Origin: Hamiltosporidium tvaerminnensis FI-OER-3-3
Taxonomy: Eukaryota > Fungi > Microsporidia
Length of the DNA stretch: 64,000 nucleotides
Assembly: GCA_022605425.2 (NCBI GenBank)
Contig: CM061249.1
Location: 496,001-560,000 of the forward strand
Reading direction: 5' to 3'
Shown: piece by piece, positions 26,624 through 38,933 of the stretch
How the letters are laid out: each line of letters opens with the position of its first letter
Position numbering within the stretch: position 1 is the first letter of the stretch
Notes under the pieces: generated by a model
The model's input: only the letters and a program-made list of their open reading frames with translations
Told to the model about the DNA's origin: nothing
The model's database searches: none
Program-made: the position numbers and the translations under genes

Positions 26624-29600
26624 TTTATTTAATAAAATTCTGGGTTAAAATATTTTTACCATTTTTTATATGTTTTCTTCTACCTCTTTAACCACTTTTG
26701 TCTCTTCTTCCAAATCCGACTCTTTATTTACGTTATTGGTCGGTTCCTCTAAAGTAGTTCCTCCTTGTGAAATAAGGGATGCTTTATTTTTTGTTTTAAA
26801 ATTTTTTGCACCATCTTCCTCTCTTTTCGCTTCTTTTAAAGGGGGTGTTGGTTCCTCATGCATCTCTGCTCTCATAATAACACACATTGACGCTCTTTCC
26901 AACTCTCTTCGGCATTAGTCCTGACTCAAGTCCTCTTCGTCGATCAAGGGAAATTGTTTCGACTGTCTTCTTAAGTACTATAGACTGAATGTATGCTTCT
27001 ACATTCATGGGTATTTCTAGTCTTTTAAGATGAGATTTATAGTATTTTGTCACAATACCGTCCCAGGTCATCACATAAGGGATTATCTCAACACTAAACC
27101 TATAAATAAGACCCAACTCATTGGCTAGCAGGTCATACTTCCTAAGTTTTTCAGTTTCACCATTTGAAGTGAATCTTGGGAAGTGATTCCTACTTCAATG
27201 AGTGTTATCTTATTCTTCTTCTTATCTAAAATAAATATGTCGGGTCTGTTATTCCGAATTTTAACATCAGTTTTAATTCTGGTGTCCACTCTTATCTCTG
27301 CATACTCATTATCAAGAATTTCTTGAACTGAGTGACTCCTAATTCGTTTTGAAGACTTAAACTTATATCTATTTAAGAGAAGTAAGTGTAGGCATCTAAC
27401 CACTTCATTATGTCGTCTGGTGTAGTCATGGCCTAGCATTTTTTCGCATCGAGTGGCTAGATGATCTACAGTCTTACCAGATTTATTGCAATGTTGACAC
27501 ACACCATCTGCACCCCAGAATACATTTCTATCCTGGATATAGCAGAACACAGCTTCATTTCGTGGCCGAATATTCCCTCTCTTTAGCCATCTTGAAAAGT
27601 CACTAACACTTACAAGCTCATTTTTCCTTGCATTATATAACTTTGAATGGAGTTTTCGTTTTTCTATTTCGTTATATAGTTTTGCAAGTTGAGCTTCTTC
27701 TACCAACCTGTACTTTACTTTTAAGAAGCCTTTTATTAGTGCAAGATGGGTTTTATTATTATTCTCCACCTTGAGGATTGCTGCTCGTCTAGTTGATATT
27801 TCTTTACTTTTTTCCAGACAATCCAAGCGTTGCAGAAGCATATGTTCGCTTCGCAACTCAACACTATGTAGGCCTCTTCAAAGTTCTGTTCTAGAAATGT
27901 ATAAACGCTCTTTACATTCTTGGCGGAGATGTATCTTATTCTTCACCAACACCGCACGCACTGCATCATCTAACTTAGAGAAGTCAGCCGGTTCAAGTCG
28001 AAGTACTCCTATGTGGTAGTTGATTAACGATATCGCATGTTGATTGATTACGGAAAATAAATTTTTTGCATTTAATCTAGTGTGACAAAGTCTTTCAACT
28101 CTTGATATAAGTTTGCTCTGTACTTCTTCAAATGAGCTACGTGTTGGGATTTCTCTGCTATCTTCTATTATTCCTAAATATTTGTAAACACTAACACCTT
28201 CTAGAAGAGTAGCAGTATCTTCACAACGTGTATCATTTGTGGCTGACTTCTCTTTGTTAATCTCTAAGCCAATCACCTCTAAAAATACCTTAGCCTCGTC
28301 TGTCATAGCACTCAATGTCGAACTGTCTTTAGCAAGGAGCTTTAGATCATCAATAAACAAGAATGATTAGTAGAATGAGATTCTGCATCTGTTTGTACTG
28401 TCACTTTTGTGTATTTTTCATTAAGCTTTCGGCTTAATGGATCCATACACAGCACAAACAACAAAGGGAACAGACTATCTCCTTGTAGAATCCCTCTATC
28501 AATCTTCTTGCTCATGATTTTTCCAGGTCCTACTGATATATCAATTTTCCATTTTGATATAATTACCTTAATAAATTTCAGGATTCAATCAGGTAAATTA
28601 AGGTTTTCAATGCATTGAGTTAAATAAGCATGATCTATTGAATCATAAGCTTTTTTAACATCAATCCATGTTGCCTTAAGATTATTTCCATACTCTTTAT
28701 TTAGGGCAATATGTAGTAGAGCCTGCTCTTTCGCTCCCTGCACACCTCTTACTGCCCCTAATTGGTTCTCTGCAAGCAACCCCCGCCTTTCCACTTCAAG
28801 TTGAACGACTTTCGTTACACACTTTGTCGTTAACTTGTAGAGGTTGGACATACAAGTAATTGGCCTGTAGTCAGAGCCTCTTCGTGGGATTCCTTTCGGT
28901 ATCAAATAGGTAAGCCCGCAGTAAAACCAATCAGCTTGAGGTGTTCCTTCTAAACATATAACTATCACAATATCATAAATATATTTGTGTAGAGTTGTAA
29001 GTTTCTTAATGAAAAAATTGTAAATACCATCAATTCCAGCAGCTTTCCAATTGGGAAACCAATTAATGATACTTACAAATTCATCAAGTGAAGGAAACGT
29101 GGTCGGATGATTATCTGATACAAATGGAATCAAATAATCATCATACGTGACTGTGTCATCATTTTTGTTCCACATTGTAGACCAAAAACTCACAATTTCA
29201 TCACAGCTAACCACATGCTCGGATTCCACACGCTGAGATAACCCACGATAAAATCGACCTCGGAAAAGCTCAAACATACGATTCTCTTTTCGGAATTGCT
29301 TCCTACTTTCATGCATCGTAATTTTTTTCTCGTAAACATTCAAAGACTCATTCTTCTTAACTAAAGCCTCAGAAAGATCAGTTACACTGCTCAAGTTTAA
29401 ATTAAACTCTCGCATGATTTTCTTAAGGCTCTTCGTTTAAGAGGTGGAGAGCTTTTCCTGCTTACGAGCCTTCTCGAGAAAATCTTTGGAAAGTACTAAC
29501 TTAGAAATTTTACTTTCTATGTTTTCCTTCCAAGCGGATCTAGGCTTTTCTTTGCGTGTTGCCTCGTTATAGCATACCTGGGCTGCCTGGATTATCCGTG

Positions 29601-30378
29601 CCACTGCAGTTATCGTCATCGGCACACAAGATTCAGCATACTCACCGATAATTCGATTAATAAGGTCCAAAACTTTACTGTCAACCAATTCACTTGGAAG
29701 CTTTCGAGTTCGGACCACCACTTTTCCAATTTCCTTCTCCGTGATTTCTTTGATTTTACTCAAGAATTTATCTCTCAGGTTTATGTACTCCGTGGTGTCA
29801 GTCAGGGTGCATGGCTCAGTGAGGCAAATGGCGATTCTACGTCGCTCTCTATTCTCTTCTTGCCTTATTTCCCTTTCTGCCTTATTTTGTGCGAGTTATT
29901 TAAACGCATCGATATCTATTGTGCAGCTAAATTTCTCATTATAGTACCTCAGAGTAACGGGCCAGCCATTTCTGGGCATTCTCTCAAACCTCTTTTGCAC
30001 TGCTAGAATAGCAGATCTAGGCCATTCCTGCCCTACGACTGTGACAGAGTCAAGTATTGAGTGCAATACCACCAGTCGATTCCCTTCTAGAATGGCATGT
30101 GTATTGAGGTTTGTCATGCCGTTGGCTGGTCCAAACGCAGTGGCATCGGTACCAGAAGACGAGGGTATGGTGTCAACCAAGCAGACTAGACTATTCTGGC
30201 AACTACTGCTTGGTGGTTGGTGGGTGGTGTTATGGAAGGTCGGTGGAGGTGGAAGTCTCTCGGATAACATTGCTACATCACACATCAAAATCTCTACTGT
30301 GGTGTTCTCCAGGTTGTTTACAGCCTTTATTTTTTCATTTCTTATATTTCCGCTGACTACTTTTTTCCTTCTACCCAT
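26624..30378 (-). mobile_element. Non-LTR retrotransposon copy C, full length, inactivated
   Basis: Has WIDVKKAYDSIDH, GILQGDSL, LFIDDL, CCHC and REL motifs. Carries the same two TAA stops as copies A and B but a different 5' flank. Confidence 0.95.
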
Positions 30379-30547
30379 AATAATTAAATATTTTAAAAAA
30401 TATAATTTTAATTTATCAAATATAAAAAAGAATACAATTTTAATTTATCAAATGATATCCCTTTTAAAGTTAAAAAATCTCAAAATATAAAAAAATATTG
30501 AATTCTTAACCGAAAACCCCAAATAAATTCCTTAAAAAATACTTTAA

Positions 30548-33500
30548 TTACTCAACACCATACTTCTCTCTAACCTCTTGCTTCATCCTATCATACCACC
30601 CAATACCTCTTCCACCACACACTTCTATCTCCATCATTACCATTCTTTTAATACCAGGACAACCAACCTTTTCAATACACCCACCCATACATACAAGAAC
30701 TTCTTCTTTTTTCAGACCCAAATCACAAAGTTTTTTAATTAAATTTCCATCTCCTTTAACATATCCATTACAAACCAATGCCTCAACCACATCTTCACTA
30801 CACATCACACCCACCTTAGAAATAACATATATCAATATTTTATACCAATCTTCCTTCTTTACCACTTCATTCCAAACCTTTCGAATTATTTCTTTTTCTA
30901 TTTCCACTTTATATCCTAAAACAATACAAAGATCATAATATTTCATAAAATAACACACATCACTAAAAAGAGGCTGAGGAGATAAAAGATTGAAATTTAA
31001 AAAAGCGGTATTTGTAAAACAAGGATCTGTTTTTACATTAAATCTACCCTTTGAAATCATAGAAGAATCAGAACCAACAACACCCCCTATAACCCCAGAC
31101 ATATTCCCTTCCAAATTATTATTTCTATTCCCTCCCATCAGTGAATCACCTCTTACAAACCCAGACATATTCCCTTCCAAATTATTATTTCTATTCCCTC
31201 CTACAACACCACCTCCTACAACACCACCCCCTACAATACCACACATATTCATTTCCAAATTATTATTTTTTATTCTTCTAATCGCTTCAATCTGTATATC
31301 ACAACAAATAGCCATAAATTCTATTTTTTTACTTTTTTCTACAGTAGAACATATTTTTAAATATTCTCTCTTTTTTTCTAATTCTACACTTTCTATTCGT
31401 TGTAAAAGTACTTCAATAGCTTTTCTTCTATCATTTCTATAACAATAATATTTCCATAATAAATCAGATTCTTCATTTTCCACACTCAAATGCATTTTTT
31501 CTTTAAAAAATGTCTGTAAAAAAAACGGATCTGAAATAAATTTATTTTCATTTCCATAACTGATTCTACTATTGATATTAGAATTATTAAAATTATTAGA
31601 ATTATTAATATTATTGATATTAGAATTATAATTGAGATTTCTATTGATATTATTGATAGTAGAATTATTATTATTTCTTTTTCATAATTTTTTAATTATA
31701 AATAAAAAACCATACTATTATTACCACTATCCCTACTATTATTACCACAATCATTACCATAAATATTATTATCCCTTTCTTTCTTACAACTGCTATATCC
31801 AGATAATTCAGAAACCTTAATAATATCACTTACACCCATACACACAACCCTCTCACTCCTTACACAACACAGACACTCAGTATTAAAAAATAAACATTTA
31901 TTATTCTTAAGTTCCTGTAACACACATTCTAAAACCGCACATCCAAAATCTTCTTTTTCTGTAAATAAAAATTCTTTTAAAGCTCCTTTACAATACAAAA
32001 CACTATTAATAAGACTTATTAACATATTATAAGAAATAACAGGTTTAACGGTTTTATACCATTCTCTTATAATAACACCTCCTCCACTATAATACCTGTT
32101 ATTTACATACATGTTAATAACACCCTTTAATTCATTAATATCTATTCCTGACTTAATCCATTCAATTAATACATTAACACTCTCTTCCATACTTTTTTTA
32201 CTTCTTTTAGAAATAAGATCAAATCCTCTTTTCTTTCTAAGAAGTGTACTATTTCTAAACATACTGTTATTTAATAAAGTATCTAATATAATACAACTTA
32301 ATATGTTATTTGATATAAGAGTACTTATTACTGTTTCTATTTGAGAAATTAGAAGAGATTGTAGGGTTAAAGATGGATAAAGGGTAGATAGTGTATCTAA
32401 GAGGGTGTTAGTATCATAAGATAAAAGTACCTTTATAAAGGTAAGAGTTGTTAATACGTTATTAACACTATAAGTAATATTAGGGGTACTAGGGGTATTA
32501 GGGGTGTTATTAGTAGTGTTACTAAGACCCTGTTGTTCATATGTACTATTACTAAGACCCTGTTGTTTAGTATCCCTATTACTAAGACCCTGTTGTTCAC
32601 TATGCCCTATTACTAAGACCCTGTTGTTTATTAGTACTGTTGTTAAGAGGGTGTTGGTTACTATCCCTGTTACTAACACCCCCTACCACACTACTCCTGT
32701 TACTAAGACCCCCTATCACACTACTACTATTCCCACTACCCCCTTTACTCTTAGTACTATACAAAACAACATTACTAATAAGCTTTATACATTTCTCTAC
32801 CTCAACAACATACCCATCCACATCTTCTTCAACCATCAAATCTCTTTTAAGAAGTGGTTCTATTAGTCTATAAACCCATTCTTCTAAAATATAATCCCTT
32901 ACATCACTAAAATAATGTTGTATACCACTAACATCCTCTTTCTCAGATATTAATGTCGAATAAGATACCCTTATATCACTAAAATAATGTTGTATACCAC
33001 TAACATCTTCTTTCTCAGATATTAATGTCAAATAACATAATTGTAATTCTTTATGTGTATAAGCATTAGAAAGTAAATATAATTCTTCTGGTTTACTTTG
33101 TAATAAATATTTATGTAACGGTACCCTATTATAAATATATAATTTATTACCTGTTAATATATAAAGAGATGTACTTGTAGTACAATAGGGTGTTGTTATT
33201 GATGTATTATTAAAATATTTTATATTATTTTTTATAAAAATATTTTTTATATTTGAAGAAGTATTAAATATTTGGTAATTTTCTATTGGTTGGTTTATAT
33301 CGTAATTGTAAAGTTGGTTTTCTTTAAGATAAGAAATTATTACAGAATTATTAGAATATCTTATAAATACAGGTATAAGTGATATTTTAGAATTTGTTTT
33401 TATGCATCTTTTTAGGGTTAGGCTAGGGTTAGGGTATTCAGTATTATTTACGTAAGAAATATCAGAATATGAAAAAAAAGTAGTATTTTTATCATATATA

Positions 33501-34630
33501 TCACTAGAAGGGTATAAAGGTGGTGGTATAGTACTTGTAGGGTTATTACTACTGTTTTTATCATATACATCACTAGAAGGATATAAAGAAGGTGGTATAC
33601 TACATATACGGTTATTACTACAGTTTTTATCATATGAATCACTAGGATGGTATAAAGGAGGTGGTATAGTACGTATATAACACCTAGTACTATATATATC
33701 ACGTGAACCATCATTTAAAGCACAAATAACCAATATATCTTCTTCTAAATCACCTATAATTCCAATTGCTTTATAATCCTTTCTTCTAGGTGTAATAGTA
33801 CATATATTTACTCTTTCCTTATACAATTGTATATGTTGTATTGTAAGAATAACAAGATAAGAATCATAAGCAGAGAAATGAAGTATTTTAGGAGAATTTA
33901 AAAGAAATGGAAATATAAAATACAATTTACTGTAATTGTAAGGTATTAAAGACACCTTTAAAGGAGAAAAAAAGGCATTTTTTATTCTGATGTAATATAA
34001 AGTATTATCTATTAGAAGATAAGGAAAACCGAAGGTGGTATTTGATATTGTATTATTTGTGGATGTGGTTGTATTATTTGTATTTGTGTTGGATGTATTA
34101 GTATTATTTGTATTTGTGTTGGATGTATTAGTATTTATATTAGTATTTATATCAGTATTACTTGTATTCTCATATTCTGTATCATACTCTTCACACCTCC
34201 TACTATCACCCCTACTACTATCATATCTATCTTCTAAATCCTTTTCTTTGTTCTTTTTTTCTAAATTTCCTTTGTCTGTTGGAATATTTACAGAACAATT
34301 TGTAACGAAGAGTGGTGTATCAGATAAACTATAAATATATAAGGTATACGGTGTAATAACTAAAAGAAGTGGATATTGATAAATATGAGTATTAGTTATT
34401 ATTGTACAATTTATAGGTACAGAAGTGAAAGGTATATTATAGGTTAGATGAGTATCTATATTGTAAATAGAAAGTGTAGTATTTATTATTGTAAGTATGT
34501 ATGGAGGGAATATGTGTGTAGGTGTGAAAGGAAGGTTGTGGGTGGTTGTGTGTGTTATAAATGTGTGTGAAGTGTAGTGTTTTTTGTTTTTTTTGTATAT
34601 TTGGGTTGGGTGTATAAAATTTGAAGGCAT
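30548..34630 (-). CDS. Probable nucleoporin Nup155/Nup170, broken into three ORFs, with many low-complexity insertions
   Basis: Resembles the Nup155/170 C-terminus (PFFLQTF...DLLWKYY..R..AIEVL; LLS...LFSDVC; IIRKVWNEVV). About 1350 codons in total. Breaks at ~32600 (a 31-bp repeat unit) and ~31690. Confidence 0.6.
32500..32745 (-). repeat. 30-bp in-frame minisatellite (CAGGGTCTTAGTAAT core; QQGLSN/GGVSN repeats)
   Basis: actaagaccctgttg recurs at 32521, 32551, 32581 and 32612; variants at 32672 and 32702. Confidence 0.9.
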
Positions 34631-34740
34631 TTTTTTCTATTTTGGTGGAATGAAGGGTTCTTTAGAAAATTAAAGGTAAAATATTTTTTTGAAGGGGGGG
34701 AGTTTTCCGTTATTAAAAATGGAGGGATATTTTAAGTATG

Positions 34741-34827
34741 GGGTTTATTTAAATGTGTAGGGTTATTTAAATGTAGGGTTTATTTAAATGTAGGGTTATT
34801 TAAATGTGTAGGGTTATTTAAATGTAG
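34741..34827 (+). repeat. ~5 x 16-18-bp tandem repeat (TAGGGTTATTTAAATG) upstream of the Nup gene
   Basis: Visible directly in the sequence. Confidence 0.85.
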
Positions 34828-34909
34828 CTTATTTATATTTAAGTGGATAGAATGAAAAAAACGGTTATTTTTGTTTTAAGAGAGTATTGGATTTAAAAAT
34901 TGGTTAAAA

Positions 34910-35020
34910 TATTTCATTTTTTATTTCATTTTTTATTTCATTTTATTTTTCATTTTATTTTTATTTTATTTTTTATTTCATTTTTTATTTCATTTTTTAT
35001 TTCATTTTTTATTTCATTTA
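34910..35020 (+). repeat. (ATTTCATTTTTT)n degenerate 12-mer tandem repeat
   Basis: Visible directly in the sequence. Confidence 0.85.
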
Positions 35021-35124
35021 TGGTGGAAAAAATTATTTAAAAAAAAGAATTTGTTAACCCAGAATTTTAATTCTAGTAATATTTATATTAGTTAGAATGT
35101 GAAGTAAAATAATAAATCCTTTAC

Positions 35125-35853
35125 TTTATTTAAAAGTATCACATCTTTTTACAATAGTGGTAAGTGTTTTATTTGTTTTCATGACATTAATGCAGTTCTA
35201 GGTTTAACATAAATAACTGCTACCCCAAAACTCCATCGGTACATCTTACGATACCTACGCCCTAAAGCCTTTCATCTACCAGGTGTGTAAACCCTAATTA
35301 CTAGGCGAGGCAGTTGCCCGGAGTTCGTTAATGTCCATTGCATGGAGTGTGATCGAAGGCCGAAGCCCCCCCTTGACTCCCCCAAGACTATGCAGCATTC
35401 CCACTTACTCTACACTTTCTGAACCCAATAAACTTCTAGCTAAGATATATTTCAGAGATTTACATGGGGTCCACCTAGACAGTGCAATGTCATACCAACA
35501 GGTATAACCTGCTACTTAGCTCTCCCGGCTTTTAAGGGTTTTTATTTTTTATATCTCCCAGGCGCTAAGTCTTCTAACCCGAGTGAGCAAGGCTAGGTTT
35601 CCATGTTTTTACATGACAATTACCTGCATGTTCAGCCGCGGTCTGCAATCTGGTTACATAAAAAACTACAAATAAATTCGTAGAAAAAGTTTCTCCATTT
35701 TGTAGACCTCTCCTCCTCATAACAATTCTCATGGAACAACCGAAGATGTAGTGTGGTTTTATTTCCACCAAAAATCCAAACAATGACCTCACACCAGTTT
35801 CACACACTCATTGCCAAGCAGAAAGTTTTTTATGTAGTTATCCTCCCTCCACA
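35125..35853 (-). mobile_element. ~725-bp SINE-like repeat, copy S1
   Basis: Colinear and highly similar to the reverse complement of 50806-51530. Confidence 0.9.
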
Positions 35854-38800
35854 TGGAATATATCATAAATATTAAATATTCTTAGTTTATTAAAATATTA
35901 AATACTATCTATGATAAATCTAAAAACGAATTTTTTAAATTAATGATTTAAAATATTATTTATAATTCGTTTTGGTCGTTTTAAATAAATACTAACAATA
36001 TAAATATTCTTTTAAAAACGTTTTTTTTGTGGATCTGAATTTTTTAAGATTCTTGAAATGTGCTATACAAGCCTTATAAAAATTAATAATTGAGGTATAA
36101 TGAATGATACAGATAATTTAAATATACTTCTAAATACTAAAATTCTAGAATATCATATCTTTTAAACAAGAAAAAGAAAAGAAACTAAGAAATTTAAAAA
36201 CTAAATATTTCTTAACTAAAATAGAATTGTTTGATTAACAAAATAAAAATTATACGAAATAATAAAAAGGTTTTTTTTCGGGTGAAGATTGAAAATATTT
36301 TTTTTAATTCAAAAATTAACTGAAATTAACAGATTTATTTTTCGAGACAAAAAGCCGGCGTTTTATAAAACTTTTTGTTAAAGAAGCGGTTGATTGATTG
36401 CATGTGATTATATTGCGATTATAAAAGGCTTTATGAACGTAGTTCTAACAAAAAAAGAAAGACTCCCTTTATTGCAAAATGTAAACGCTAGATTTGTATT
36501 TTAATATATCTCTGAATATACAAATAAAAAGGTATAAAAACAGAATTTTTGGTTAAAAAGTTAATATTTTTAGATTTAAATTATGATTTTTTTATATAAA
36601 TTTTGATATGTTGGTTGTAAATAGTAAAAATTTCAGTGATAAATCTAAGCTTTTCTGGAGTATTAATTCAAAAAAAATTTCCAGCGATCTTGATGTAGAG
36701 TTAGTTGAAACACGCCACATAAAAAATCATTTAATAATCCATTAAAAATATTATATGTAATGTAATTTAAAATTTAAACATATCTATAGGATAGGAAGGA
36801 AAGGTTTCCTGACAAATTTAAAAACCAAGTTTAAGAAAGAAAGGTGCTTCAATGAAAAAAGAAGTGAATAACTTGTGAAATAGGTTAAAAAAGCTTAATT
36901 CGAGTAAAAATTGTAATTTAAAACAAAAAATTAAAACGATTTTTTCGAATCAGATACTAATTAAATCTTCGTGAATTATGTCTTTTATTATTGTTAAATC
37001 TGTATTAAGCGAATAAATCTAAGAAAAAAGAAGATTAACATATTTTTTATCTTGTTAAAATCATATGCTATGGTTTTTAAATAATGTCACTGGTTCCGCA
37101 GTAACACCAAAAGTCCAAATCGAGATTGATTAAAATTTTATACACCACTAAAATCAATTTTCTACAATTTAAGTACAAATTAAGCAAAAAAATATAAAAA
37201 AAATTTATACTAAATATTTTTCGTTATTATTTCTCGAGCCTATTGGCTTTTAAATATGTTATTTGTGTATCAAATCAAAAACCTAGACAGTTTTCTATTT
37301 TAATAGAATCAACTATTTGTTTTTAATAGTAAATCAAACTTAATAATTACTCGGATTTCATAAGGTCAGCTTATCTAAACACACGTTTCACTTCTAGCAA
37401 ACTACTAATATAATTTATTTACAATATATACTTAAACATGTTAGGATATAATATTATAAAGTATCTATAGAGTACTATAAAATGTATATTATTTATAGTT
37501 AATACTTTTATATGATTCCAGTTTTTTTTTATTATTTCTCGCTATCGTTATAAAAACTTAGGCATTTTTCATTGATTATACAAGTGTATTTTATATACAC
37601 ATTTTGAATAAATTTTAAATCACAGATTTAAACTTTTGTATTTGTGTCTAAACCCAAGATTGTGTCTATAGGTTCGAAATTAGAGAGCAAAATGAGAATC
37701 AAATGTATACGAGTTTTAGTTCATCTGAAAAGTATTAATAGATTTTAATTTTAAATTAAGCATATTTTATAATTATTTATAGTTTGATCTTATTATATAT
37801 TTTGTTTAATTTAATTAATTTACAATTTTATTTCTTTATACCTTGATATCTTAGTCTATTGTATTTTAAAAGACACATGGGAAAGATGATCAATACTTAA
37901 AAAGCAAACTTATGTTTAATATACCAGACCTGAAATCATAACCTTGATATAAAAGCTTTTCTGATTATCAATAATTTCCTAAAAGAAGAAATATAATAAA
38001 ATATTGATTCATGCTATACATCGTTTCTTCTGAGCTCTTTGATCAAAAAAAATATTTAAACACAAAAATATGAGAAACGGAAACTTTTTTACATATTTTT
38101 AGATCTTTAAAATATAAAAGTAAATGATTTATTAAGAAAGTTAAAAATTTGACAGCCGTTTTTGAAGATTATACTTCCATATTTTATACTTAGATTCTCG
38201 TTCTGTTTATAGGTTTAGCTTCTCCTAGTCGTAAATTTTTAAAGAGAGATTAGCAAAATTGATTTTTTTGAGACAGAGTGACGACGAAATCTAAATTTTC
38301 GAACAGTGATTTCTTTCTATGAAGCTAGTTTTCAGAAAGAATTGAAGAATCGATCATTTTTTGTAGTAATCTAGGGTATAAAACCGACATTATAACCTTT
38401 AGGTTATTCAAATCAAATTTGTTGTGTTTATCAGTGAAATTAAAAATGGTGTGATTTTATTGCATTTGTTTTCTACTATTTAAAATCTAATATATTTGAA
38501 ACTTTATAATACGAATCAAAGGAAATCATGTATTTTACTTAAATTATTGTTAATATCGACAGCTAATTTTTTCTTCAAATAAAATTTGGCTTCGGGTTTA
38601 TGATTTAAAACCTAATAACATAAGAAAACCGTATTGGGATGCTAGCTAATACAAATTAATTATAAACATTTTCCATCTCAAAAAAAGCAAATGTGAGTTC
38701 CAAAAAAATTTAATTAGAAATATATTTGTTGAGATATGATAATAAAAAAAATATATCCCATATAAGAACGAAACCACATTTCTGGTCTCAGGGAATATAC

Positions 38801-38933
38801 TGAAAGCAGTTAGAGCAAAGAAACCAACAGATAAAAGCAGATCGTTTATGATATGATAATAATTATCATACTTTTAGTTATAGCTATCTATAATTTATAA
38901 ATGTAATAAATCAAAAGATGTTAAATATCGTCT

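Larger units (their letters stand above)
1..30378. repeat. ~14.1-kb direct tandem segmental duplication (1-16263 ~ 14076-30378)
   Basis: Position 1 (accttctaga) recurs at 14076. ORF offsets are 14075-14120. Units differ by scattered SNPs, 1-bp homopolymer indels and microsatellite length. Confidence 0.97.

Noticed and set aside
35574-35807. 77-aa ORF in S1 and 112-aa ORF in S6 (62577-62915)
   Set aside because: The reading frames are not preserved among repeat copies.
35098-35853. Solo-LTR reading of S1 (TGTGGAG...CTTCACA ends, TAGAA/TGGAA flanks)
   Set aside because: Other copies end at AATAAA(GT) without this extension, S3 has a 12-bp TSD, and no PBS, PPT or gag-pol is adjacent. Probably chance, though not fully excluded.
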